A stretch of 64,000 nucleotides of DNA from Lama glama. Lineage: Eukaryota. The stretch covers positions 42,720,001 to 42,784,000 of the forward strand of contig CM052816.1 in the NCBI GenBank assembly GCA_028534125.1, given 5' to 3'. A model generated the notes under the pieces. That model saw only the letters and a list, made by a program, of their open reading frames with translations. It was not told the origin of the DNA and did not search any database. The position numbers were made by a program, and so were the translations under genes. The stretch's first letter is position 1; each line of letters starts with the position of its first letter. Positions 1 through 12,480 of the stretch are shown here, one piece after another.

Positions 1-599
1 AACTCCCTCACTTTACTGATTAATAAATTTGAGCTAAGGGATTAAGTGACTGTAGTTCCTCAGGTAGTCAGATCAAGCCTGACACTAACATCCCAGGGTC
101 TCTTTACTTCTATTCTTGGAATCCCATATTCATATCACATCGTATTACATTGTTTTTTATGCTCCACCCCCCCCCCAAAAAAACTATTACTGGTGTGATT
201 TAGCAGAAACTTGATACTTTAGGTGGGATAGTGGATTGAGGGTGAAGAAACCTCTGAAAAAATAAGGTTACTGGGTTGACAAAAATTAAAAGGTGTTAGC
301 TTTAGGATTAAATCTTTCTGCTAATACTATTCCTGGGTTCTCTTCCTAAAGCCATGATCCATTTTCTCCAAAACGATGTATTGCAGGACGTCTAGCCCTT
401 GATCCTCCGTTTTCATCACAACTAAATCCACCACATTCAGCACCATTTGCTCTTCCCCACAAAGTTCCAAATCCCTGTGGCCCGAGGTTCTCCGATTTTA
501 GGCAAAAGCGCAGTTCTCTGGGTTGGCAATTCAGTCTCAGATGCGAGCGCTCTAAGGGAATGCAAATTCGGGGGACGGGTGAACTGGAGAAGCCAAGAC

Positions 600-1150
600 C
601 ACGCTCAGTGCCTGTGCCATTTCCTGCATGGGGGGCCGTTTGGACAAGACCTGAGGACAAGAATACCGACTCGGGCGGCTCCGGAACGTCCCGGCACCCG
701 GCGCCCGTAATCCGTCCCGGGCTTCCCCGCCCGACGCCTGACATAGCCCCGCGCCGTGTGTGACGCATCTACGTCACACGTCAGGGCGCGGGCGGCAGGC
801 GCGTCTACGTCACGCGTCAGGGCACGTGCATCAGAGCCTGCGAAGGCCCGCCCGAAGGCCTCGGGTCGCAGATGTTTGGCAGTGGGAGGAGGGGTGTTGG
901 GGTGCCCCTTTGCAGCTGGGTAAGGGAGGCTGCGGGTGTGGGCGAAGGCTGCAGCCCAGAAGGCGGTCCAGGGCCCCGGGGAGATGCGGCTGTGGTGGCC
1001 GATCACCAGTGTGAGTGGGCGGCCTCTGCCTGGCACCTGGCCCTGCACCTACCCTAGACGCACCGCAGCCTTATCCCGACTCTGCGCCTCCAGATCAAGG
1101 TGAGGACAGCCCTCCGAGCAGCCACCGCGAGGCCGCCCCGACCAGCCTCG
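600..1150 (+). promoter_or_regulatory. CpG island, probable distal promoter and non-coding first exon of SPATA9
   Basis: Dense CpG/GC block in AT-rich DNA with clustered CGTCA half-CRE sites. Three + strand donor-like sites: TGG|GTAAGG (GT at 920), AGT|GTGAGT (1011), AAG|GTGAGG (1100). Lies 6.3 kb upstream of the SPATA9 ATG. Assignment to SPATA9 is inference. Confidence 0.6.
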
Positions 1151-4100
1151 CTGAGAGCAGCCCTAATAATTGAAAGAAAAAGAGGTCTCTCTTCTTTATT
1201 TTTCAAACGGGGGAAGGATGAAAATTGATTCCAGAGATTTTGAGCTATGGCAAAGTTACACTATTAGCCTGAAAGTAAACCCTTTGTAGAATAAAGGTGC
1301 TTAGTTTTTAAAAACTTGCTGACTTTGCCCCAGAGATTAAGCGATAACGTTTTGAAGCGGCACACACCCCTGACTTCTCAGTCGTTTCTTACTGTCCCAT
1401 GGGCGTTCTTCCTTAACATTCCAATTTAAGGTAAGGGCCCAGTCTTCTCTGTACATCACTCAGTTTCATTGCATTTATTACTACATGGGATGACTTCGTT
1501 TATTTGCTGTCTCCCATTATAACGTAAGCTCCATGAGATCCTCATTCTGTTTTATTTACCACTGTCCCCAGTTTCTTGAATAGTGCCTGGCAATGTTTAT
1601 CAAATAAAGCCTTTTCGGACTTTGGCCACCCAAAGTTGGCGCCCTTTCTCTTACTTGCATAGAGCACGTCTGTGTTACTGCTTTTATGATATTTTATTGT
1701 AATCATCTATGAAAGTGTTTGTTTTATATTGCATGCTTCTTTATTTAAGGACTTGCTTTGTTCATTTTTGTATCCCAGGTGTCTGGGATACAGTGGACAC
1801 ACTCAGATTTTTATTGAAAAGGTGAAAGCCATCCATAATAGAATCTCTGATCATCTGAATCTTTTTCTAAATTTCTTAGACCGTCTTAGAGGACTTCTTC
1901 TATTGTTATTCTCTCATTTTTCTTTCCGTTCTTGAAAGTCACTCTCTCCAGCTAAGAGAGACAATATACTGGTAAGGAGGGTTCGAAATTTTGAAAAGAG
2001 AATCCAGACAAGAGTCCTTGCTCTGCCACTTCCTGGTTTGGGAATACTTCCTAAATTCCTCAGAGGCTGGTTGGTCACTTGTAGACAGAGATAGTAATAT
2101 TTATATTTGGTCCACAAAACTAGTCTGTTTTCTGTCTTTAAATAGAATCTGAAAAAATAATCTGGCTTTATACATCCAAAAGAAAAACTAAAGCTTGCTT
2201 TTCCAGTCTTCTGATTGCCGAGATAACACATATAAGACGTATTTAGTTTTTAGTTTTATTGACTTTTTCGGGTGAAAATTGAGTAAAAACTACAAATTAG
2301 GCAGATGCAATTTAAATAATTTTTCAAGAAGACTTCATTTTAAAATAAAAGACATTGTTATTACTATAAGTATTCATATAGTCTTCACAATTTAGGACTG
2401 TAGGACTTTTGTACAAGGTACCTTAGAAATGACAGGATTGGTTGGTACTGGCTGAAAATAAATGTAGTCTCATGGCAAGTTTAGATAAATTTGCACATGG
2501 TGAATTATATTGTGTCTGAGCTCAGCTCTAAAGAGGTGTCATAGACTTGCTGTCAAAGTGTTGGGTCAAAGAAAGAGTGGAATGCATCCTTTACTGTTTC
2601 CATTTTTAGCACTGTTAAGTGAACATAACAGTTTCCTTTTTTTTAAATTATGTAGAATTACATGGAATAACCTGTTTTTCTTTACATTTGAATGTTACTG
2701 ATTTCACAAAGGAGATTTGCTTAAGCATCTAGGCAATTAAGTTACACATTCTAGGACAATAGGTGAAGGAGATGAAATACAAAATCTGTATTTTAGTCAT
2801 GCCTGGCAGAGGCTACAGCATAAAGCAGTTAAATCTGAGACTCTAACCAAAGGCCATAAAAATATGTGGACTATGGATACTTAAATGTATTTGATACTGC
2901 TTTTCTTGAAAGGCTTTGATTAAGACTGCCTGTCTCCAAGGTGATGTCTATCAGAAGATATGTAGCTGCTCAAAACCTCTTACTTGCAGTGGTGACTACA
3001 GAGTTGATGAGGGAAATGTAAGAAAAGAAAAATTTTAGTTAAAAACATAGGTTTATAACATAACTTTTCTAAGGTCAAAATAAGATCTTTTTGATCAGAA
3101 GAATATTTTATATCATATATAGTTAATTTTTTCAAGTACTGTATAGAATGCAGTTGTGAAACATTCACCTCAAAATCTGAGCAAGTTACTAATGAAAGAA
3201 ATGGCTTTTCTAGGTTCTTGGAAGATAGCAGATAGTTTTGATTCTGATAGTTTGATTCAGCTTACTGGATGTAAGCTCCAGTAGAGCAAGAGTTTTTGTC
3301 TGTTTTGTTCACTACCCTATCCTCAGTGCTGAACAGTGATGACACGTAACAGATGTTCAATAAATAGTGAATGAATGGAAGAAATCCCCTTACCATTATT
3401 TCTGGAATAGCCTTTAGTGGTAATTTTTTTTTACCAAATTTGTTACAGTGATGTATTCATTGGGTTATTTCCTTTGTTTTTATTACATATTGAGGTGAAG
3501 ATATATTTATAAATTTTTAAGGCATACAAATTATAGTACATTGATTTTTACCTGTCCATACACATGATAAGTTTTAGAAAAGTTACACTATCATTACCTT
3601 CAAAATCCTTATGTCCCCTTGTCCAATCCTGTATCTTTATTTCTCCCACAGAGGTAGTAACCACTGTCCTGAATTTTATGTTTATGGTTTCCTTGTTTTT
3701 TTCTCTATTGTTTTACCACATATATGTGTGCTCCTGGTATAATACTTAGTTTTGTGTTTTTGAACTCCATATAAATTGAATCATGCCCTGCTTTTTTTTT
3801 TTTGTATCTTGCTGTTTCTCATTTAAAATTATTACGAGATTTATTCATGATGTTGCATATAATTACAATTCATTCGTTGTTATTGCTATATACTAACCAT
3901 TATGGATGTATTATATTTATAATTATAGTTGATGGATGTTTGGGTGGCTTACAGTTTCTTGGTATTACAAGCAGTGCAGCAGTGAACATTCACGTGGCAT
4001 GAGTCTTTGATTATAAAGCCCAGATAATCACAACAGAGGCCACTGGGAGCAACTTCAGACTGGCTTCTGTGTCCTTGTAGCAGGACCCCAATAATCTTCA

Positions 4101-7100
4101 AAAAGCTTTCTTCCTTTCTGATCTGGGATCTCCCTGGTTCATCTTGTAGTTCTGCTGCTGCAGACTGGTATCAGCTCTTTCTTCAAGGAGACCTGGTCCA
4201 TTGTAGGGGGGGAATTATATTAAAGCCCAGAATCTGGGTGCTAGGGTGCTCCTTTCTGCTGAGTTGACAGTGTTTCTAATTATTTCAGTCTGTACATCTA
4301 GGAAAAAAATGTATTTTTAAAAATCAGTTTATGATGATATGTTCATTTCTGTTTAACATTATGATATATTACTTTATTCTTTAATTTTATAATTAGATCT
4401 TTTTTCTCTTATTCTGAAATTCTTGATTCCTAACATTATTAACCCCAAAATGTGTTTATCCTGCTTTTGAAAATAATTTCAAGTAAGAGAGCCAATATCA
4501 ATACTTCCAAGAAAATGACTGAATGAAATTTAAAATATCTTTTCAGTTCTTTTTGTCTTTGAAATGTTCTGAACTGTCTAAAGTCACTCAAAATAAATCA
4601 TTTCTGGGTCTTATAACCAATCTGATACACAAATAAGTTTTTTCCAATTTGTTTTCAGTTTTTAGTTAGGGATTACTTTTTAAAAATAAATATTTTGAAA
4701 AATTTTACATGTGTATTCTTTTGATCTCTATTGCATTATATTTTCATGTACTTATACATTTATCAATACTACATCCATGAATCTACTGCACTTTTAATTT
4801 TCTGTTCTCAGATATATAGAATAATAGACTGCAGTTAATCTATTAAGTGTTATTTAGCAAAAAAAGCATAAAGAAAAAGCATAAAGGAAAATCAAAGACA
4901 AATGCTTCAATGTGTCTATTTTCTAGTTTTTATTGAGCTCGCCTTGAATTAATTCATTTAATTAATTAGGATATGTCACTATGACAGGTAAAATAAATTA
5001 AAATGTAGTGGTTTGTATGTGGGGGAAAAAAACTTTCTTCCCATACTGTTTGATAAACATTATGTGTGTGTATGTGTATGTAATGGGTCGTAAGTGTTTT
5101 ACATTTGTATGTCAGTTAACTGACTCCATGATGAACTTGTTAGTTATAAAATTTTTTTTCCTGCCTAAGACATAAGTAACAAATTTGATTACATTTATTC
5201 AGGAAATGTTTTTGTAATATTATAAAATTATAAAAGCATTATCTGAGTATTGGGAATATAGCCTTAAACCAACCAAAGACCCTGTGCTCACTTAGTTTAT
5301 ATTCCTGTGATGCAGGTAACAAACAACAAATCTGATCTTCCCAGCTTCCCACCATCTAACCAACCTCAGCAATTCCCAGACTTGGGCAGCAATGCTAAGG
5401 TTGCTAATTCTGTTCACTGTGTGGCCTGTTACTTTACTGTAACTATTTGAAGACTTGCATTGGGCTTTCCAGGTCTACTCCATATTAATGGTACCCAACT
5501 GGAATTGCAGAATATAGTTATTAAATAATTTTTAAGAAGAAACAAAATGTTATAAATATACCTACTTTGAAACATCTCTGAAAATTTGTATTTACAAGAT
5601 ACAGAACAGATACTTATTTTGGGTGTTAAAAAGATGGTTACTTATCTTACAGAAGAATTTATCTAGGGTTACTTTTAAAGAATAAGTTCCCCTTGTACAT
5701 TTCAAATTATTCAGTTTGCAAACATCCTATTTACATATATGCTGCCTCAAATTCTTATTAGAATTTATTTTATAAGTATGGAGCACTTTATTATGAGCTG
5801 TAAAGAATAACAACTGAAGAAGATAGCCATTGACATTTCATTTGACTTTATCCATAATAACATAAGATGCTTAAGGATATAGGTATAAAACATGATTAAA
5901 TAAAAACCAGAATATTATCAGATATGGTCACAAATGTAAGCGTGGCAGTGTGGGAGTTTTTTTTGTTTATCCCTTCCTGTCTTTTTCCATCATTCCCCTT
6001 CCAAGGAGAGGGTCATTAAGAAAGAAAAGACAAAAACAATTTTGTTAGCATAATTAACATAGAGTCAGTTAAGCTTTAGGTGTAGGAAATATGAACATGA
6101 GAGATGTTTTTCTTGTAGATTTGTTAACTTTACAGGATACCTAGGAGGGTGAGAACATATGAAAAGAAAACCAGGGGAAACAGTTGAGAACTAGGACACT
6201 GAGGGGTGGGCAGATGGAAAAAAGAATTAGGGGATTGATTGGAGTGGAGAACAGGGAAGAAGCCCAGAGAGAGAAGGTACTAACAGTTACTCTGTGGTAG
6301 ACTGTGATAGCCAAGTATCTTAATAGGACAGGTAAAGGGTTTCATTATCTTGTAGACTCCCAGTTTGTGTGTTCATCATTGTCTAATAATATTTTCTTTC
6401 TGGCAGTAGATTTCACTTTCCAAATGTTAAGGGTGTAATTATCTTAAGCATTAGGTTAATGATGGAGGAAGGCACATTGTGTTAAGGTTCAGAGAGGTGG
6501 TTGTGCTGTGATGGAGAGGGTTTGCAGGCAGATTGGGACTAAGGACAGTGTGAAAACTGGGGATCTGGCAGGCTTCACGAGCTAGAGGACTCCTTTGATG
6601 AACATTTCTTTTTCCCAAACAGTTCCTCTGAAAAAACCTCCAGCTTGCTGAGGAAAACCATCTAGCTACAATTAAATATAAAGACTTCAAAGTAACATGG
6701 GATTTGAGTTAACCAACTCAATTCATCCACACTAAAATATAACCAGGTAGTCAATCAAGTCTGTGTGATATGCAGTTCTTCCCAGGTTTGATGAGGGAAA
6801 AATAACGTTCATCTGAAGTGGAAGAGTACTACAAGGGACAAAGATGAAGAAGAGAAATAGGTTGAGATTTCAAAGACAAACCAAAGACTTCACGATTTTG
6901 CCTGGCCAGGTCTGACCTAGTGATCCTCACTTGGGTGAAGGAAAAACAATCTCTTCAGAAGTTCTTCTGATTAACGGCTGGTGTTTCTTTTCCACTTGGC
7001 ATCATATGTCAAGCATTTCTTTTAAAGTGGATGCCAACTTTTTTCAAAGGGAGCTTTGTTCTCAGATGATCCAATAATTGAGGTATCACTGGAGACATTG

Positions 7101-7410
7101 GGACAAAATTCAATTTATGTTGCAGAACTCCTTAAAGTGGTTCATTTTTCATTTCCCTTTCACCTCCCCTTGTGCCTCCAAACACATTCTTCCTCCACTT
7201 ATGCCACAGTGATTTCAGAGGATTCTGTAACAAGTTCTCAGAGGCCCATTGTGCAGTAACAAAGAATTCTGGCAGTGAGCTGTAGGTTCTGTCCTTGCCT
7301 GCTTTCCCAAGTGGAAGGCTGCCTTCATCCCTCACTAATGGTGGAGTAGGACCAGCAGTGCTCAGGCCTGCAAGCTTGCCAGGCGCTAGGAACCCAAGCA
7401 AGAACTCAGC

Positions 7411-7471
7411 ATGTCAATCAGGCCTGTAGGGTGGATATTTGGGCAGATGTTGAAGAACTTTTCTGGAAGAA
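7411..7471 (+). CDS. SPATA9: SPATA9 coding exon 1 (MSIRPVGWIFGQMLKNFSGR)
   Basis: Matches recalled SPATA9 N-terminus ([20 protein letters not shown]). In-frame TAG upstream at 7387-7389; donor GTATGC at 7472; 61 nt. Confidence 0.93.
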
Positions 7472-7625
7472 GTATGCAGTCTTCTTTTAAAGGGGATATG
7501 GATGTGGAAACTGGGAACTAAATTCCCAAGGTGGAGCCAGTGTTCCATGTTCATTTGAATTATGGTTAAGGGATTTTTTAGTTAAGATCTTTTTTTTTTT
7601 ACCCTCTAATTTCTTTTTGTCCTAG

Positions 7626-7714
7626 TTGAGGGGATCCAGAAAGCAATCTTGGACCTTGTAGATGAGTTTAAAGATGAATTCCCTACCCTCCTGAGAGTAT
7701 CACAGTCTAATCAG
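7626..7714 (+). CDS. SPATA9: SPATA9 coding exon 2 ([30 protein letters not shown])
   Basis: Pyrimidine tract plus CCTAG acceptor, CAG|GTAATG donor. 89 nt restores phase 0 (61+89=150). Confidence 0.95.
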
Positions 7715-9236
7715 GTAATGTGATTTTGTAACTTTGAAAAAGATTATAAAAAGTGTATTGTATTTTTAGTATCATACCAATTATATAGTTTGTGATTTTG
7801 AGATCAGTGCTTGAAGCTTAGGAAAACATTACTTTCACAGAAAAACACGTTTTAACTCTCACTCAGTGATCTATGGAAAGCAGAAATATTATGGACAAGG
7901 AAGTGAGATAGATAGGTGAATTAAATTTAAGGACAACCACTCTACCATTAGGTTAGAAATCTAGAACTCTCCCATAGCCACAATTGCAATGTAGTTTACT
8001 TAAGATTTGCTTAATGTAAAATCAGAAAAATACCTAGATATACTTTAACAAAAATCTATGGCAATTAAGTCAGTGAAAAAGCATAGCTGATATAAATTAT
8101 AACAATGGAAAGATAAATATGAGTGTGTGTTTTAATGTGGAAAGAAAATAGTAATGTCAATTTAAATAAAGTATGTATGCACGTATTTTAAACTTATGTT
8201 CCAAAAAGAGTTTTAGACAGATAAAATATTGGGAGTGGAAGGAGACAGGTAGAGAATTGTAAAGACATTTGGTCAGGAAAAAGTAACACCTTGTTTAGAG
8301 GACATGTGTAACCTGCTTTACTCAAAAGTACTCAGCTTTTAATGGAAAAGTGTTGTTTCAGTCCTCGTGGCCACAGTTGGAATAGGATATGTTGTAAACT
8401 TGTATAGTAGAGTAACAACCTACTTACTCAGAAATCAGACTTTTGGCAATGTCAACAAGAGGAACATAGTTAAAACCTGGAAGTAGACAAAAAGACACTC
8501 TGAGTAGCACAGTAATCACAAAGTCTATGTATTTCATTGCAAAGGAGAGGTATTAGAGCTACCTTTAACCTCATCCAGACAACCAGGCATTAGACATTTA
8601 TAAATCCTTTACTGTTGCCCAGGGGTTGGAAAGTAGGAATACAGAGAAAGAAGACAGGGTTCCTTCAGTCAGTGAGCTTTAATCTAATGGAGACAGCGTC
8701 GTAATCGAGTAATTGCAATGGAATATGGTAAGAGGCATATACAATTTAGGGGAAGTAACAACTACATCCTGGAGTCAGAGAAGACTTCATGGAGGAAAGA
8801 TGCTTAAATTGAGTCTCAAAGGATGGATAGGAGTTTTCAAGGTGAAGAAATGGATAAAATAAGTGGGTAGGAGCAGGGAAGAATATTTCAAAGGAAGCAG
8901 TGTCAGGTCAAAAAGCATTAAACAGCATAGCGTGTTTCCAAAATGTCAAGTAAATTTGAATAAGTGGCATCAGTGTCGAGTCTAGACTTTGGGGAGAGGT
9001 GATACTGAAGTGTAAGTGGATGCACAGTGGTAAGATGGCATCTAGATGGTGGTCGGCTCAGTAGGATAGGATAAGCCTTAGAAGCACCAGAGGGCAAGCC
9101 AGATTTTATAATTCCACATCTTAGTCCTGGTGTCTAGTTGCTGCCACTTTTTGCATTGTCCTAGTTTTGGTATAAATTCTTTGGAAGCATTGGAGACTTC
9201 TCTTGGCTATGCTCTAGAGTATTAAGGAAAGAGACT

Positions 9237-10522
9237 GGCAGGTGACCATGCTTGGCTAAGATGTACATGGTTAAGGGCAGCATAGCAGTGCGGTAATTAC
9301 TGAGAAAACCTCAAGGTGAAGCCTAGGCAGCCTAGGCCTGGAAAGCCCTGTTGTCCTTCCAAACTGTGACTCTCCCACCATTGCCAGCATTAGAGAAAGT
9401 GGGTTTTATTTAATCAAAGAAGTTGCAACTTTCTTTTCAACTTCCGTCATCTCTTCCCGCCCTCTGCGTAGCCTTGTCATCACTAGAGACGTGAGGATGC
9501 TTTATGGTGGAACAAATTGATGTTCTGATCCCCAAAGAAAAAACTCTAAGTTTCTATTTCCAACTCATTGAAGTCATTTACTTATAAGAACTATACCCCA
9601 CCCCAGAGAAGAATATAAACAGAGTTGAAATTACTTTATTTCTCATATTCAAAGCACATTGTTCTTTTTCCACCATTTACTTTGAAGAATGTGCTGCTGA
9701 AATTGGCAGGAAACCTGAGTAGTTAGGGGATATAACACATTGAAGTTACTTGCACTTCAAAAATAAATTATTCAGAAAACAATGTTAATACTGCATTGTT
9801 AACTAGATTATTTTTAAAGGTTAGATTATAAATGCTAAATTTTATTATTTCCACTATGGTCCATACTTCCCAAACATACTGAAAAGAATGATTTTAAGAA
9901 TACTTAGAGGGCTTTATTGATTGGGCTATATTTTAAATCTCTAAATTTTGTGATTAGTATTTAAATTTTTTTTTTTTAATTTTAGGCACTTATTTAGGAA
10001 AAAGCCATGTTGCTGGCCTGGAGCAAAGGCAGGATTTGATGGGAGTGATGATAGAAATTTTGTAGAGGAATATACCCAGAATAATGATTATTAAATAGTT
10101 TTTCATGGCACAGATTTTGAAGGACATTTTTTTCTGGGGTTGGGAAAGTTAATTTTAGAATTCTGACTTGAGGTCTGAGGTCGTGTACTCTCTGCTCCCT
10201 CCCTCCCAACCAGCCCAGACCCCTAATACCCTCAGTATCCACATCCTATAGTAAAAAGTAAGTTTTTAAGGTTTACACTTGCAATGGCAAATGATTTCTG
10301 TATGAGGACTCTAAAATATTAAACATTAAATTTGAACAAATGAAAAATGCATACTACAACTAGGGAATTCAAATTTTTTAATTCAAATGATCTTTACTTG
10401 AATGAAAGAAAGCTTTTATGATAAACAGGCAGGTGACCATGCTTGGTCTAAGATATAAATGGTTAAGGGCAGCATAGCAGTGCGGTAATTACTGAGAAAA
10501 CCTCAAGGTGAATCCTAGGCAG
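9237..10522. repeat. Dispersed direct repeat: 9237-9330 and 10428-10522
   Basis: Hand alignment: 3 substitutions and one 1-nt indel over 94/95 bp. Confidence 0.95.
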
Positions 10523-10732
10523 GGTCAACTTTGATGGGTTTGAATTATGAAATGTGGTTATGTGTTTTATTATGTAATTAACTTGCACTTAACTGTACAT
10601 TCAAAACTGGGAATTGTAGACAAAGCATAACAAAATCCATGTAAAAATTTGGATTTTACATCTATAGATGTATTTTTCTGAATTCTCTAGGCTTTCTTCT
10701 TTTTTTTAAACATGTGGGACAAAAACTGCTGG

Positions 10733-11438
10733 CGTTACCAAACCAGGTTTGTTGTGCGATGCTGAGATGCCAAAGTTTGCAGCAGAGAAGGGGTTTATTC
10801 ACTAGGCAGCCAAGTGAGGAGACAGGAGAACAAATATGAGATCTGCCTCCCAAAGGCAAGGGGCTTGGGATATTTGTGGGTAAACAGTATAGGGTGGTCA
10901 GAGGTGCAGGGGAGGGTGATTTGGAGGCAGGAGAAAGGTGGGGTATGTCTGCTCTGTGCAGGCATATCTGAGTTACATGCTTCTTCATGGGATGCATGTT
11001 TGGAAAATGGCGCTGTTAGCATGATGGAACTAGGGTAGAGTTTTTGGCCTTCTCACGTCAAAAGTCATCCATCGCACACTCGAGCACACCCAGTTGAATG
11101 GTCAGTGGTCTTGACCAGTTTGAACTGGGCAAGATAAGCTCAACGTTCCTGAAGCAGATGTTATTATAGAGACCCATATGTCAGAGGTGTTATCTATAGG
11201 GAGCAGTTAAAGGAGTCTTGGGGTGTATTTGTCTAAGGTACACGAAGCTTGGAGAATATGCAGTTTGCATGAACAATTAAGGTGAGCTTGATCAGTGAAG
11301 GCAGATTACAAGCAGAGAGGTTTTTATCAACCTTCCCCTTATCTACTATTCTGAAAGACAAGCTCAAGAATTTCTGTTAACCCTATGTGGCAGGGTTTCA
11401 GGATGGATTTTTTTTTAACCTTATGTGGCAGAGTTTCA
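10733..11438 (-). mobile_element. Solo ERV LTR, antisense in SPATA9 intron 2
   Basis: About 700 bp with (C/T)GTTACC...TTTCA termini; minus-strand AATAAA at 10794-10799 near the left end; imperfect 4-bp flanks CTGG/CTGA. Confidence 0.7.
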
Positions 11439-11699
11439 CTGAGGATGCACCTGTGATGTCTGGAAATTACTTGTATTGGGGTTTGTAAGTATAATGAGAG
11501 TAGAACTGTAAGTGGATTGTTCTATAATTCAGTTATATTTTTGTATTTGGTGAGTTGTTTCTTGTGGGGCACTATCATTGTAAAAGTTACAAAATACATT
11601 GTGCACTGAAAACTTTCTGAATGGTTTCTCATTTAACATTTGGTGTATTTTTCCTGATATTTCTCAATTTTAACTTGTTATATTTTTCTGATATACTTC

Positions 11700-12480
11700 A
11701 TTCATTTTAATGAATATATTTATAGAGCACCTACTATGTGCCAGACCTATTCTAGGGTCTGGGGGAAAGATCAGTGAGCCAAATGGATGTAAAACACTGC
11801 TGCTATAGAACTTATGTCCTAGTCAGGTAGGAAAACAATAAACGAGGAAAATAAACTACCTGTTATGTTAATGGTAGATCTTAAGGAGAAGAAAAAATAT
11901 AGTGGACAAGGGATATGGAGTAAAGGTAGGGATAGGGAGCATAGTTGATGGTTAAGGTCAGATGACCAAGAGGATCTTAGTGAGAAAGTGATTCTTGAAT
12001 TAAGACTTGAAGGAAGTGAGGGAGCAAACTTTGGTATCTTTGAGGACTTGAATGGTGCGGTTAATTCAAAGTCCCTGATACTTTACAAGTTCAATGAATT
12101 ATGAGGAGGGAAAGGGAGAGAAAAAGATGGTGAGGCCAGTGAGATAAAGAAGAGACAACTGTAGGGTTTTGTAGACCATTGTATATACTTTGGCTTTGAC
12201 ACTGAGTGTACCAGGAAGCCACTAAAGTGTTTGAGTAGAAAAACAAGGTCTGATCTGACATGTTTTAACTGTATATCTCTGGCTGATAGGCTGAGGAACA
12301 GAAGGAAGATAGACAAGGGTGGAAGCAGGGAGGCCATTGGCAGAGGCTAATTTTCAAGTCTGGAGAAGAGACGATGGTGGTATATAAATATAACGGACTG
12401 CGTGTTGGTATTGGGCCTAGTGAGAAGTGATCAGATTCTGGGACTGCTCAGAGAAAAAAATTGAATAAGATTTGCTGACA
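11700..12480 (-). mobile_element. LINE-2 3' relic
   Basis: Typical L2 end (attcatt...gagcacctactatgtgccag) followed by purine-rich degenerate L2 body. Boundaries approximate. Confidence 0.7.

Noticed and set aside
346..1057. ORFs of 61-147 aa over the first CpG island; possible RHOBTB3 exon 1
   Set aside because: GC-driven ORFs, many with non-ATG starts; no RHOBTB3-like sequence; the repeated peptide only reflects the 36-bp DNA duplication.
9961..10080. Strong acceptor (T-run + TTTTAG at 9985) as a SPATA9 exon
   Set aside because: Early stops in two frames, no good nearby donor, and the SPATA9 CDS is complete without it.
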